64,000 nucleotides of DNA, taken from assembly GCA_037481815.1 (NCBI GenBank), contig JBBFKX010000001.1, positions 256,001-320,000 of the forward strand. Direction: 5' to 3'. The position numbers and the translations under genes are program-made. Under the pieces are notes generated by a model. That model was not told the DNA's origin, did no database searches, and was given only the letters and a program-made list of their open reading frames with translations. This stretch comes from a candidate division WOR-3 bacterium. Its GTDB lineage: Bacteria; Hydrothermota; 32-111. Shown piece after piece: positions 50,391 through 60,155 of the stretch (the first letter of the stretch is position 1; each line of letters begins with the position of its first letter).

Positions 50391-51938
50391 TTGATGGATA
50401 AAATTAATCTTTCAGATTTAAAAATAGTAAATTACAAAAACATTTACAGAAACCTTCCCCCAGCAAAACTTTTAGAGATAGCTATAGAAAGAAAGGAAGG
50501 GATATTTACAAATACTGGTGCATTTGTTGTTAACACTGGCAAATATAATGGGAGAAGCCCTGAAGATAGATTCATCGTTGATACTCCATCTGTACATAAT
50601 GATATTGCATGGGGAAAAGTAAATAAACCAATTTCAGAAGAGGTTTATGAAAACCTTTATCAAAAGATGAGAGCGTATGTGCAGGGTAAAGATCTTTTTG
50701 TTTTTGATGGATTTGTTGGTGCTGACAGAAGGTATGGATATTCTCTAAGAGTTGTGTGTGAACTTGCAAACCAGGCACTCGCGAGTTCATCACTTTTTTT
50801 AAGACCAACTGATGATGAGTTAAAAAATTTTAAACCTGATATAAATGTAATCTGTCTTCCCAATTTTAAGGCGATCCCTGAACTCGATAAAACAAATTCT
50901 GAATGTTTTATCATCATCAGTTACGACAAAATGACCGTTTTAATCGGTGGGACACAATATTTTGGTGAAATAAAAAAATCGATATTCACAATGATGAACT
51001 ACCTTTTACCAAAAAAGAATGTTTTTCCAATGCATTGCTCAGCGAATACAGATGATAAAGGAAACTCGGCAATATTTTTTGGACTATCGGGAACCGGGAA
51101 AACAACCCTTTCCGCTGATATTGAAAGAAGATTGATCGGAGATGATGAACATGGCTGGTCAGAAGATGGTGTTTTTAATTTTGAAGGTGGATGTTATGCA
51201 AAAACGATAAATCTAAAAAGAGAGACAGAACCACAGATCTACGATTCTTTAAAATTTGGTGCGGTTCTGGAAAATGTTATAGTCAAAGATAACGGAGAAC
51301 CTGATTATGCTGACGGTTCCCTAACCGAAAACACAAGAGCAGCATATCCTATCGATTTCATCCCAAATGCGGACCTTTCAGGAAAATGCTCTCATCCAAA
51401 ATATATAATCTTCTTGACCGCCGATGCTTTTGGTGTTCTTCCACCTGTATCCTTGCTTTCTGTTGAGGAAGCAATGTTCCATTTCGTTTCCGGATACACA
51501 AGTAAACTTGCTGGCACTGAGAGAGGAATAGTTGAACCACAGGCAACATTCTCAACATGTTTTGGAGCACCATTTATGCCGTTGAGTCCTGATAAATATG
51601 CAAAGATGTTAAAAGAAAAAATCTTAAAACATAAAACAAAAGTTTATCTTTTAAATACAGGATGGACAGGTGGACCTTATGGAGTTGGAAAAAGATTCAA
51701 CCTGCCATATACAAGAAGAATGGTAAAAGCGATATTAACAGATGAGTTTGGCAAAATAAAATTTGAAAAAGAAGAATTCTTTGGACTTATGATACCAACA
51801 GAATGTCCTGATGTTCCAAAGGAAGTTTTAAATCCTATCAATACCTGGGCAAACAAAGAGGAATACAAAAAAGCAGCACTGAATCTTAAAACGAGATTTG
51901 AAGAAAACTTCAAAAAGATGAACATTTCTTTAAACTGA
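50391..51938 (+). CDS. pckA: Phosphoenolpyruvate carboxykinase (ATP)
   Basis: GRSPEDRF, GEIKKSIF, MHCSAN, FGLSGTGKTTLS, LIGDDEHGW, FNFEGGCYAK, TENTRAAYP, NTGWTGG. Confidence 0.96.
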   Translation: MMDKINLSDLKIVNYKNIYRNLPPAKLLEIAIERKEGIFTNTGAFVVNTGKYNGRSPEDRFIVDTPSVHNDIAWGKVNKPISEEVYENLYQKMRAYVQGKDLFVFDGFVGADRRYGYSLRVVCELANQALASSSLFLRPTDDELKNFKPDINVICLPNFKAIPELDKTNSECFIIISYDKMTVLIGGTQYFGEIKKSIFTMMNYLLPKKNVFPMHCSANTDDKGNSAIFFGLSGTGKTTLSADIERRLIGDDEHGWSEDGVFNFEGGCYAKTINLKRETEPQIYDSLKFGAVLENVIVKDNGEPDYADGSLTENTRAAYPIDFIPNADLSGKCSHPKYIIFLTADAFGVLPPVSLLSVEEAMFHFVSGYTSKLAGTERGIVEPQATFSTCFGAPFMPLSPDKYAKMLKEKILKHKTKVYLLNTGWTGGPYGVGKRFNLPYTRRMVKAILTDEFGKIKFEKEEFFGLMIPTECPDVPKEVLNPINTWANKEEYKKAALNLKTRFEENFKKMNISLN

Positions 51939-51941
51939 TAA

Positions 51942-52919
51942 ATGTTTTTTATTGTTTCCTTAACTTTAACCCTTCTTGCAATATTTATTTTAGCAAGAAG
52001 GGTTTCAAAAAATAAACTTATTCTTTCAATCATTCTTTTTGTGCTTTCCTTTCTTATAATGTTTTTATCAGATTTTCTACCAGATAAACAAAGGTTCATT
52101 ATCATCAATAGAGAAGATGAAAACTTTCTGATTATAAATGGACAAAGAAAATATGATGTGATAAAAGATTTCTTTAGTTCTTTAAACCCCTATTACATTG
52201 CAGAAACAAGTTCGAAAAATGATATTTTGATCGGTTCAAAAACAAAAAGTTTTAATCTGAAAGGAAAAGTTGATTTTGGTATCGATACAGTTATTCAGGA
52301 TAATATTCTAAAAAAAGTCATATTTAAAAATTTCACACGATTTGATACGACATGTTCAGCAACAATCTTTGTAAAGGACAAGATTTATAATATCCAGTTT
52401 AAAAGTGATACAATTTTTGAATTGGAAGTGAAAAACAATATAGATTCAGTGAAAATTGTCAGTTCTGATGACAATGACTACAACAATTACTATGTTCATA
52501 AAACAAGGTTTCAAATTTTACTGCTTGACGATAATTATACAAAAGGACTTCAAAACCTATCTTTGAAAATCTCTTCCCTTTATGATTCGGTAACATTCAA
52601 TACAGGAATTCTAAAAGAGAATAAAATTCTAAGTTTAAAAAAAGATTATGACGGTATAATATATTTAGGAAAAAGTTCTCCAAACATAATAAACATTCAA
52701 AAAATAAAATATGATGGTATAAATTTGAATTTTTTTAAAAATCTTGAAGAGATTATCAAAAAAATAAAGGAAAAAAGTAAAAGCGTAAAAAATCCTTTCA
52801 ACGATAAAAAAAATTATAAAAATAACACTTTTACAAGATTTTTATTTTTCTTAAAGGGATATTACATTCTGTTTGTTCTGTTTATAGTTTTTTTCCTTAT
52901 CCTTGCGTTTTTATTTTAA
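51942..52919 (+). CDS. Hypothetical membrane protein (two N-terminal TMs, one C-terminal TM)
   Basis: 325-aa ORF directly after pckA; hydrophobic ends; no recognised motif. Confidence 0.55.
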   Translation: MFFIVSLTLTLLAIFILARRVSKNKLILSIILFVLSFLIMFLSDFLPDKQRFIIINREDENFLIINGQRKYDVIKDFFSSLNPYYIAETSSKNDILIGSKTKSFNLKGKVDFGIDTVIQDNILKKVIFKNFTRFDTTCSATIFVKDKIYNIQFKSDTIFELEVKNNIDSVKIVSSDDNDYNNYYVHKTRFQILLLDDNYTKGLQNLSLKISSLYDSVTFNTGILKENKILSLKKDYDGIIYLGKSSPNIINIQKIKYDGINLNFFKNLEEIIKKIKEKSKSVKNPFNDKKNYKNNTFTRFLFFLKGYYILFVLFIVFFLILAFLF

Positions 52920-55900
52920 AAAAACTATTTTTTTCCTGGCAATTACCTTACCCGAAATATCTTTTACTACGACAAATTTAATACCATCATTCTGTAAATC
53001 CAGGGGAAGTTTGTAAATATTTTTTGATAAAAGTTTTTGATGAACAATATTTTTATTTCTTCCAAGGATATCATATATTTCAACAGAGTAGATCCCATTC
53101 TCTTTTATGTTGATATAAAAATACTTACTCGACGGTAAAGGTTCAACATCTATTGAAACCTGTTCCTGCTCTTCTTTTACATCATATAAGAATTTACTCT
53201 TCAATTTTGGTTTCTCTTTAGTGAATTTCAAAGCAACACCATTTTTTATCAAACCCTGTCCATTTATATCTGTAAAGGAATCACCTGAAAAAGAGAGCGA
53301 TGTAAAATCTGAAAACTGGATGCCTGATATGAATCTGTTTGCATCTGAGACATTCTTGAAATACACCGTAACAGATGAAGTATCTATTGCTACCACAAAA
53401 GTATTTTCAAGGTAATCGGTTGTTCTAACCTTGTTGAAATATATCAAATATGAAAAGTTCGTTGTATCAAAATAGGTAAATATGTTGTTGTAAGTTTCAC
53501 TATTTTTCGTGAAAGTATCATAATAATATGAAGGTCTGAAATCAGCCCAACAGAAAACGATTGAATTCAATGAAGAAAGATAATTTGATGGCAAGACCGT
53601 TGGAGTAAAAAGGAGGTTATCAAGTTTTGTAAACGAAATAATTCCGTTTGTGTTAATGTATATAGAATCCCTTTCGAGTCCAAAAAATTTGAATTTAAAA
53701 GGAAGTTTTATCAAAAATGTTGTATCATCTCTTGCTTCAATTTGTTTGAACTTCAAGGAATCAAGATTGTAATCTATAAAATCTGGTGAGTTCTCAAGGT
53801 AATCCATACTGTTCGTGTAAATATAGTAACCTTTATAAGGACCATAGTATTGTGGTTTTTTTATGTATATGAAAGGTAATGTTTGTTCAACAATCTTTTC
53901 CCAATCACCCATTTTTATTTTAAAGGATACCTTACAAACTTTTGAAAGGTTTGACGGTGAAAAGACATCAAAATCCACAACAGTTGAAGTTTTTGGCATG
54001 AGTGATTCAATGATGTATTCTCCATTTTCTATATATAGATCGGATGATGAGAGTAAAATTTTTAAATCTTTAACCTGAAGAAGCGAATTGTTGCTAATTT
54101 TGAAAAATACTTTTGAGTAGAGATTTTTCGGGACACCTTCCAATGTATCATTTTCAAATATAGAATAAAGAAAACTGATCGAAAAATCTGGAGTCATTAT
54201 ACTTAAAGGTATACTGCTTACAATCGTATCTACTCCTGACACAGTAAAAACGGTGCAGATATCGCTTATCAAAGAATCTGTAAAATCTTTTATTTTTATA
54301 ACCAACCCTTTATCAAACTTATAAAGTGATTCACTTTCGAGTGGTGGGATCTTCAATGTATCTGTTATTATCTCTATATTCGATGATCCGCTTCTGAAAA
54401 ATACTTCTGAGGAATCTGAAGATGAATCTCCAAAATTTTTAAATGTTAAATCAAAAAAGAAAGAATCCAGATAATAATCTGTTAAGAAATACTCCTTCAA
54501 AGTTACAAAAGGACCAGAATCGATCAGAACAACTGTATCACAGAAAAGTTTTCTACCTTCAATGAATGTATACAAACTGAGTGTATCGCCTGCAACTGAG
54601 GTCGTGTTAAGATAAAGAGTTGAAGGTGAACTTAAAAAGTTCGAATCGATTAAAAGTGTACTGTTTTTAAAAAGCCCGATAAAAATCGGTGAATTCAAAC
54701 TTCCATTAAAATCGATTTTCAGATCAAAAGTTTTATTGAATGGAGTATACCTATCAAAATTTTTTGAAAAATTGTAAATCGATCTGTTTCCTAAAAATCT
54801 TTCGGGAGTTGAGAAAAAGTTGTATCTTTCCAAATAACCCCTTGTTAAAGAGTTATCTCCAAAATAGTTGAAATACGATTTTTTTGCTTTGTTGTAGATA
54901 TCAAAAATGTATCCAAAATTTTTTAAAGAATCGATGAAATATCTCTGTAAAACATCATCTTCGATCCAGTATGTTTCAACAGAAGAACCAACAAAGGAAA
55001 TTGAACCTTTCGAGTTTTTTGAAAGCCAACTGTTACCAAAAAAGTTTGTGTAAGAAAAATTACCGGTCAAACATGCAAATGAAAATATATCGGGGAAAAT
55101 TGAATTATGTAAACTCTCTATATCTGAATCATAAAAAGTTGGCCCAGCCCAGTAATAGGTTGCTCCATGTCCTGAATAAACAACCACATCCTTCCCTCTG
55201 TTTACAGCACTATCGATCTTTGTCCCGGTCTGATAATAAGCAAAAAATGAGTCGGTAAGGAAATTAACATTTCTCAAAACATTCATCGAATAGATGTGTG
55301 TTGACTCAACAAGTTGATGATAACCTCCATCATCAGTTGCGATAAAATATGACGAAGGGGTTCTATATAAATCATCGTTTAAAAGAAAGTTTTTGTAGTT
55401 GTTAAGATAATTTTTTAAAGATGTAGTATCAGAAAATGGTAACCGTGAAACAGTTATGTCAGGAAGATAATCGATAGTATCGATAAGAGAATAGTAAAGA
55501 TCAGTAGGAGAAGCGTTATCCCCTGTTCCATATTCGAAAGGAATCATCGTTGAATTTCCAAGAAGAAGCAAAAATGAAAATTGTTCCTGATTATATTTTG
55601 ATTTTATAAAGTTTTTTATATCAAGTGCAGTTGAACCTATATTCGCTTTATTTTCAAATATTGGTTGATAACCTCGTACAAGATAAAAACTTTTTAAATT
55701 TAAGGTATCATTTTTAAAAATCGTATCATATATTATCAAAACTTTCCTGTTTATCGACTTATCCGACTTTTTTTTCGAATAATCGACCTCTATAGTTTTT
55801 ACTATCAAAATGTTTCTTGAAGGGATATAATCAAAAGGATATATCTCCAACACATTATTTTTAAATGAAAAATCTTTTTCAATAAGTTTTTTGTTATAAT

Positions 55901-56249
55901 TATAAATTTTTTCATCAGGTTTAATCTTTGTTTCAAAAATTTTGTTTTTGCTAACTGGTTCTAATATTGGAAGTAATCTTTTATTTAATTTTAAACTTTC
56001 CTCTTTTACAACTCTGATTTCATATATTCTATCAACATCAAGTTCCCTTATAACAGGGATCTGGGGGAACCCTGCTTTTTCAGAAATCAATTGATAGTTT
56101 GAAACAATTTTAATGTAACCAAACTCATCCTTTAAAGAGTATATCGGTTTTATCTCTCTACTCTCTAAAAAAGGAAATAGAAAGATAAATACAGTTAAAA
56201 ATCTGATCCTAAAGAAATATGATAATGTGTTTCTTTTGAAATTCTCCAT
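52911..56249 (-). CDS. C25 (gingipain-family) cysteine peptidase with T9SS-like C-terminal domain
   Basis: LLLLG, TDLYY, PDITVSRLP, catalytic YSGHG and FACLTG; C-terminal VEIYDILGR...KIVFLK; exact start uncertain. Confidence 0.78.
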   Translation of the reverse strand: MENFKRNTLSYFFRIRFLTVFIFLFPFLESREIKPIYSLKDEFGYIKIVSNYQLISEKAGFPQIPVIRELDVDRIYEIRVVKEESLKLNKRLLPILEPVSKNKIFETKIKPDEKIYNYNKKLIEKDFSFKNNVLEIYPFDYIPSRNILIVKTIEVDYSKKKSDKSINRKVLIIYDTIFKNDTLNLKSFYLVRGYQPIFENKANIGSTALDIKNFIKSKYNQEQFSFLLLLGNSTMIPFEYGTGDNASPTDLYYSLIDTIDYLPDITVSRLPFSDTTSLKNYLNNYKNFLLNDDLYRTPSSYFIATDDGGYHQLVESTHIYSMNVLRNVNFLTDSFFAYYQTGTKIDSAVNRGKDVVVYSGHGATYYWAGPTFYDSDIESLHNSIFPDIFSFACLTGNFSYTNFFGNSWLSKNSKGSISFVGSSVETYWIEDDVLQRYFIDSLKNFGYIFDIYNKAKKSYFNYFGDNSLTRGYLERYNFFSTPERFLGNRSIYNFSKNFDRYTPFNKTFDLKIDFNGSLNSPIFIGLFKNSTLLIDSNFLSSPSTLYLNTTSVAGDTLSLYTFIEGRKLFCDTVVLIDSGPFVTLKEYFLTDYYLDSFFFDLTFKNFGDSSSDSSEVFFRSGSSNIEIITDTLKIPPLESESLYKFDKGLVIKIKDFTDSLISDICTVFTVSGVDTIVSSIPLSIMTPDFSISFLYSIFENDTLEGVPKNLYSKVFFKISNNSLLQVKDLKILLSSSDLYIENGEYIIESLMPKTSTVVDFDVFSPSNLSKVCKVSFKIKMGDWEKIVEQTLPFIYIKKPQYYGPYKGYYIYTNSMDYLENSPDFIDYNLDSLKFKQIEARDDTTFLIKLPFKFKFFGLERDSIYINTNGIISFTKLDNLLFTPTVLPSNYLSSLNSIVFCWADFRPSYYYDTFTKNSETYNNIFTYFDTTNFSYLIYFNKVRTTDYLENTFVVAIDTSSVTVYFKNVSDANRFISGIQFSDFTSLSFSGDSFTDINGQGLIKNGVALKFTKEKPKLKSKFLYDVKEEQEQVSIDVEPLPSSKYFYINIKENGIYSVEIYDILGRNKNIVHQKLLSKNIYKLPLDLQNDGIKFVVVKDISGKVIARKKIVFLK

Positions 56250-59026
56250 AAATCTGTATTTTTTGCTATATCAAATTTTAAAATTGCAAGGTAGAGATTC
56301 ATCCTTACACCGATTCCAAATCCTAATTTTAGATCATCCAGAAGAAGATCTGATGTGATCAACCTTAATTTTTTCAAATCATCCTTTGCAAATCCAAAAT
56401 CAGCAAAGAGAACACCTCTTATGTTATAAAGTCCAATATTCAAAAATGAAAATTTGATTGCATCTATTAGTGGGAATCTCCATTCATTGTTAGAATAACC
56501 AACGACTTTCCCAAAGAACTGATTATCAGAATAACCTCTCAAACTTCCCGCACCTCCAATATAAGAGTACATAGGATAGGGACCAAAATTTTGAGAGTAA
56601 TAAAATTTTGTAGCGAACTGACTTCTTGGAGTTGTTACAAAATATTTCCTTAAATCGAATGAATAGAACCCTCCATTATAGGATAAATTTGAACTATCAG
56701 TAAAAAGATCAAGAGAAAAACCAAGATCAAACCTTGCGAGTTCTCCGTTGACAGGTCCATACTCTCCCCATATCGCGTTATCATAAACAAAAGAAATGAT
56801 ATGGTTGGTAAAAAGAGATGAATAAATGTTAGAAACAATAGTTGTGTCTATGTAATACTCGTTAAAATCTAAAGAATACTTGAAAAGATCATTCTCAAAA
56901 TCGATCCTTTTGTATCTATCTAAAGGATACCTTAAAAGTATTCCACCACCATTATAAGATTGTGATATTGTTGAATAAAAATTGTACAGGTATTCCTCTT
57001 TGAGGTTGAAATAGAGAAATGCAAAATCTAATCTATTTTTCAAATACCAGTACTGGAAAGAAAAATAACCTGTTCCTGTAATCGAAAGTTTTTGCATCTG
57101 AATATATATTCTGTTGTCACCCATAATATCACTGATCCCAACATCCAACAGTCCTAAAAACCCAGAGATGGGTGAATAGGAAAAGGCCCCTGCTGCCCAG
57201 TCAACTGAAAATGTTAAAGGTATGTTTTTCGATTGATAAACAGTTTTTTTGTTTTCAAAATTAACACTTTTTAAAACATAATCGTTAAAACCTTTTTCAC
57301 TTTTTATTTCATAATTATTTTCAAGTGGATTCTGTATTAAAATAACATCCATTGAAAATCTTCTAAAATAGGATACTGTCATCTTTGAGAGATCTGATGT
57401 GATTGTTGGATTGAATAATCCGGTTACACTATTCGTTAACCTTCTTATTTCCTTTGTTTTTAGATTGTAAAGATAAACATCAGATACAAAATCAATGTAA
57501 GAGGAAAAAAGTATCAAAGAATCGTTAACAGGATAAAACCTTTTTCCGAGTTTATAACCAATTTCAACTTTTTCAACTTTTTTCGAATTCAAATATAATC
57601 TGTAAAGTTTATAATCACCATAGTTCCAGACACCTTCGAAAAATTCTCTATCACTTAAAAAAATTATAGTCGTATCGTTATAAAAGAAAGGAGAAATATC
57701 ATCAAAGATATCTTCGGTTAAAACCTCTTCTTTTGCGTTCGTTAGGTCGTATATACATATATCGTTTCTTCCATCATTCTGTTTTGTATAAACTATTCTC
57801 TTGTTATCAAAGTCAAGAGATGGAGAGTAAACTCCATCACCGTTGATTTTGATTTTTTTTGAAATCTTTTCTTTTTCAACATCATATAAAAATATTATTT
57901 CATCTTTCCCTGCTCTTAAAGAAAATACAAGGTATTTACTATCTTTTGACCAGTTGAGATTCCCATAATCGAGATGAAATGATTCATAATTTCTAACAAA
58001 ATTTCTTGGCAAGATTTTCTTTTTTTTATCCGGATTAAAAACGGGAAGGATATATATATCAAAATAACCATATTTCTCACTTATGAAAGCAACATAGTTA
58101 CCATCAGGAGAAATTGAAGGTGAAACATTGTAGTTGGAAGTTTTAATAAAATCACCAAGAACCGACTTCCCACCAGATACAAAAAGTTCTCTTACTTTGA
58201 CGAGTGGGAAATATCTTTCTTTTAAATAAACTTTAAAATCAGAATCAAGTTTTTCTATACTTATTCCACACTTTCTCTCAAGTGACTTATAAAATGATTT
58301 TGTATTCTTTAAATCCTTATAGATTTCTGGTATTTTTTCTCTACCATATTTTTCTGAAATGTATTTTAAAACCATCTGCCCTGCTTTATAGATATAATAA
58401 CCACCATAGTAAGAGGAAAGTGTGACAAGATCAATATAACCATCATTCAATATCGCATCCCTCATATACATATCACTCTCTTCATCAAACTCAACAGAAT
58501 AGAACTCAGCAGAACCTTCAATGAACCACAGAGGAATATCGTAAACAACCGATCCAATTATAGCGGATGTGCCACTTCCCTCATATAAAAGTTGAAATTG
58601 CAGAGCGTGAACCAACTCATGGTTTACAACATGTCTTAAATCTTCATAAGATCCTGTAAAAGGTAAAACGACTCTGTTTTTGACAGATTCTGTAAAACCA
58701 CCAACAAATTCATCAAGAATTTCAACTGTTATGTTTGTCTCTTCAAAATCCTTATGTGAATTGTAAAGAACGATAGGAATTTTATTTTTTATCTTGTAGT
58801 TGAACTCCTCTTGCAATCTTGTTATCGAAGATTCAGCAACTATTGAAACGAAATTGAACAACGATTCTGCGCCCTGATAATAATAAATGTTGAAATGTTC
58901 AGTATAGCCAACCTTCCATTTATAATCTTTATACTGGATTTTATTTTTTCCAAAGTTTGTCGTTTGAGAAAACGTTGAAAGAGACAAAACAAAAAGAAAA
59001 AGAAAAAGAAAAATCATTTTTTTCAT
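56195..59026 (-). CDS. Omp85/BamA-superfamily protein with N-terminal zinc-peptidase-like domain and PD40 beta-propeller
   Basis: Signal peptide, FGKNKIQY, TEHFNIYYY, HELVH, PLWFIEGSAE, PSISPDG repeats, GGAGSLRGY, EWRFP, GFGIGVR, C-terminal Phe. Confidence 0.82.
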   Translation of the reverse strand: MKKMIFLFLFLFVLSLSTFSQTTNFGKNKIQYKDYKWKVGYTEHFNIYYYQGAESLFNFVSIVAESSITRLQEEFNYKIKNKIPIVLYNSHKDFEETNITVEILDEFVGGFTESVKNRVVLPFTGSYEDLRHVVNHELVHALQFQLLYEGSGTSAIIGSVVYDIPLWFIEGSAEFYSVEFDEESDMYMRDAILNDGYIDLVTLSSYYGGYYIYKAGQMVLKYISEKYGREKIPEIYKDLKNTKSFYKSLERKCGISIEKLDSDFKVYLKERYFPLVKVRELFVSGGKSVLGDFIKTSNYNVSPSISPDGNYVAFISEKYGYFDIYILPVFNPDKKKKILPRNFVRNYESFHLDYGNLNWSKDSKYLVFSLRAGKDEIIFLYDVEKEKISKKIKINGDGVYSPSLDFDNKRIVYTKQNDGRNDICIYDLTNAKEEVLTEDIFDDISPFFYNDTTIIFLSDREFFEGVWNYGDYKLYRLYLNSKKVEKVEIGYKLGKRFYPVNDSLILFSSYIDFVSDVYLYNLKTKEIRRLTNSVTGLFNPTITSDLSKMTVSYFRRFSMDVILIQNPLENNYEIKSEKGFNDYVLKSVNFENKKTVYQSKNIPLTFSVDWAAGAFSYSPISGFLGLLDVGISDIMGDNRIYIQMQKLSITGTGYFSFQYWYLKNRLDFAFLYFNLKEEYLYNFYSTISQSYNGGGILLRYPLDRYKRIDFENDLFKYSLDFNEYYIDTTIVSNIYSSLFTNHIISFVYDNAIWGEYGPVNGELARFDLGFSLDLFTDSSNLSYNGGFYSFDLRKYFVTTPRSQFATKFYYSQNFGPYPMYSYIGGAGSLRGYSDNQFFGKVVGYSNNEWRFPLIDAIKFSFLNIGLYNIRGVLFADFGFAKDDLKKLRLITSDLLLDDLKLGFGIGVRMNLYLAILKFDIAKNTDLWRISKETHYHISLGSDF

Positions 59027-59520
59027 ATTATTTTCCCCAAAATGTACCCTATGAGAATACCAAATAGTAAGGTTGTTGTAAAAGATCTCGATTTTAACAT
59101 CTCCATTTTATAACCTTTTCTTAAAGCAAAAAAACTCACAAGGTATGTAATTCCATTCAAAAGGATTATAAAAGGTAAAGATATGATTTTAACAAGGACT
59201 GGACCGATAATGGGAACAAGAGCAAGAAGCGCAAGGAGTTCAGTAAACATATGGGTTATCATTCCAACAATAAGTATCAGAAGTGCTGCGATCGGCTTGT
59301 TCAAATTGAATTCAAAAACGATAAAAACGAGTAAAAGGAGTGTTAAAAATATCAGGATAAGGAGTTTATTCCTTTTGTAGTAATCTTTGAAAAATTTGAT
59401 TTTTTCTTCTTTTGATTTAATAAAAAGAATATCAAAATATTTAAAAACTCCCATTATTGAAAGTGTGTCGTAAACATTCTGGAAGAAACCTTTGAAAAAA
59501 TTTTTTATTATTCCAATCAA
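59023..59520 (-). CDS. Hypothetical integral membrane protein
   Basis: Several hydrophobic helices (LALVPIIGPVLVKIISLPF); 4-nt overlaps with both neighbours. Confidence 0.65.
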   Translation of the reverse strand: MIGIIKNFFKGFFQNVYDTLSIMGVFKYFDILFIKSKEEKIKFFKDYYKRNKLLILIFLTLLLLVFIVFEFNLNKPIAALLILIVGMITHMFTELLALLALVPIIGPVLVKIISLPFIILLNGITYLVSFFALRKGYKMEMLKSRSFTTTLLFGILIGYILGKII

Positions 59521-60155
59521 AATTTCACTCCAATATTGAATTTAAATCCATTGAAATCAACTTCACTTTCAACATTAACTTTTCTTTTTTCGTTCGATAC
59601 AAAATAAGTATATATCCCACTGATTATATGGTTAAGTGAAATCGCAATAACAGTATAGTAAGATAATTGCTTCAATTCTCTTGAACTTTTTCTGAGGTTA
59701 GAATAGAACAATCTTGCAGAATCTGAAACGAATTCCCAACCAAGAGAATCTGGAACTATATTTTTGTTTATATAATCGAGTTGTTTTTCATAGTCATCAG
59801 GATAGAGTGTTCTTGCTTTTGTAATGATTTTTGTGTTGTACTCCTTATATGAAGTATAAAATTCCATTTTTGTTAACAGATTTTCAGGATAATTTGAAAT
59901 GTTCCTTGAAAGAGTATAGGATGCAAAGTTTAAAGCATTTTCATTTGTTTGTTTTGAATTTATTGTTAGATATGAAAAAAATGGTAAAAGTATTACTTCA
60001 GACGCTATAAATGGTATTGAGTTTATTTTCTTTTCTATACCCCATAATCCATATCCAGGGATAACAAGTGATTTACCCGCATCGAAAAAAACTTCCTTTT
60101 GAACCTGTGAAAATATTAAAAAAGGAAAAATGATTATCAACAGTATTTTTTTCAT
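59517..60155 (-). CDS. Hypothetical exported protein (DUF5683-like SLVIPG motif)
   Basis: Signal peptide, KSLVIPGYG, NHIISGI, C-terminal beta-strand ending in Phe. Confidence 0.55.
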   Translation of the reverse strand: MKKILLIIIFPFLIFSQVQKEVFFDAGKSLVIPGYGLWGIEKKINSIPFIASEVILLPFFSYLTINSKQTNENALNFASYTLSRNISNYPENLLTKMEFYTSYKEYNTKIITKARTLYPDDYEKQLDYINKNIVPDSLGWEFVSDSARLFYSNLRKSSRELKQLSYYTVIAISLNHIISGIYTYFVSNEKRKVNVESEVDFNGFKFNIGVKF

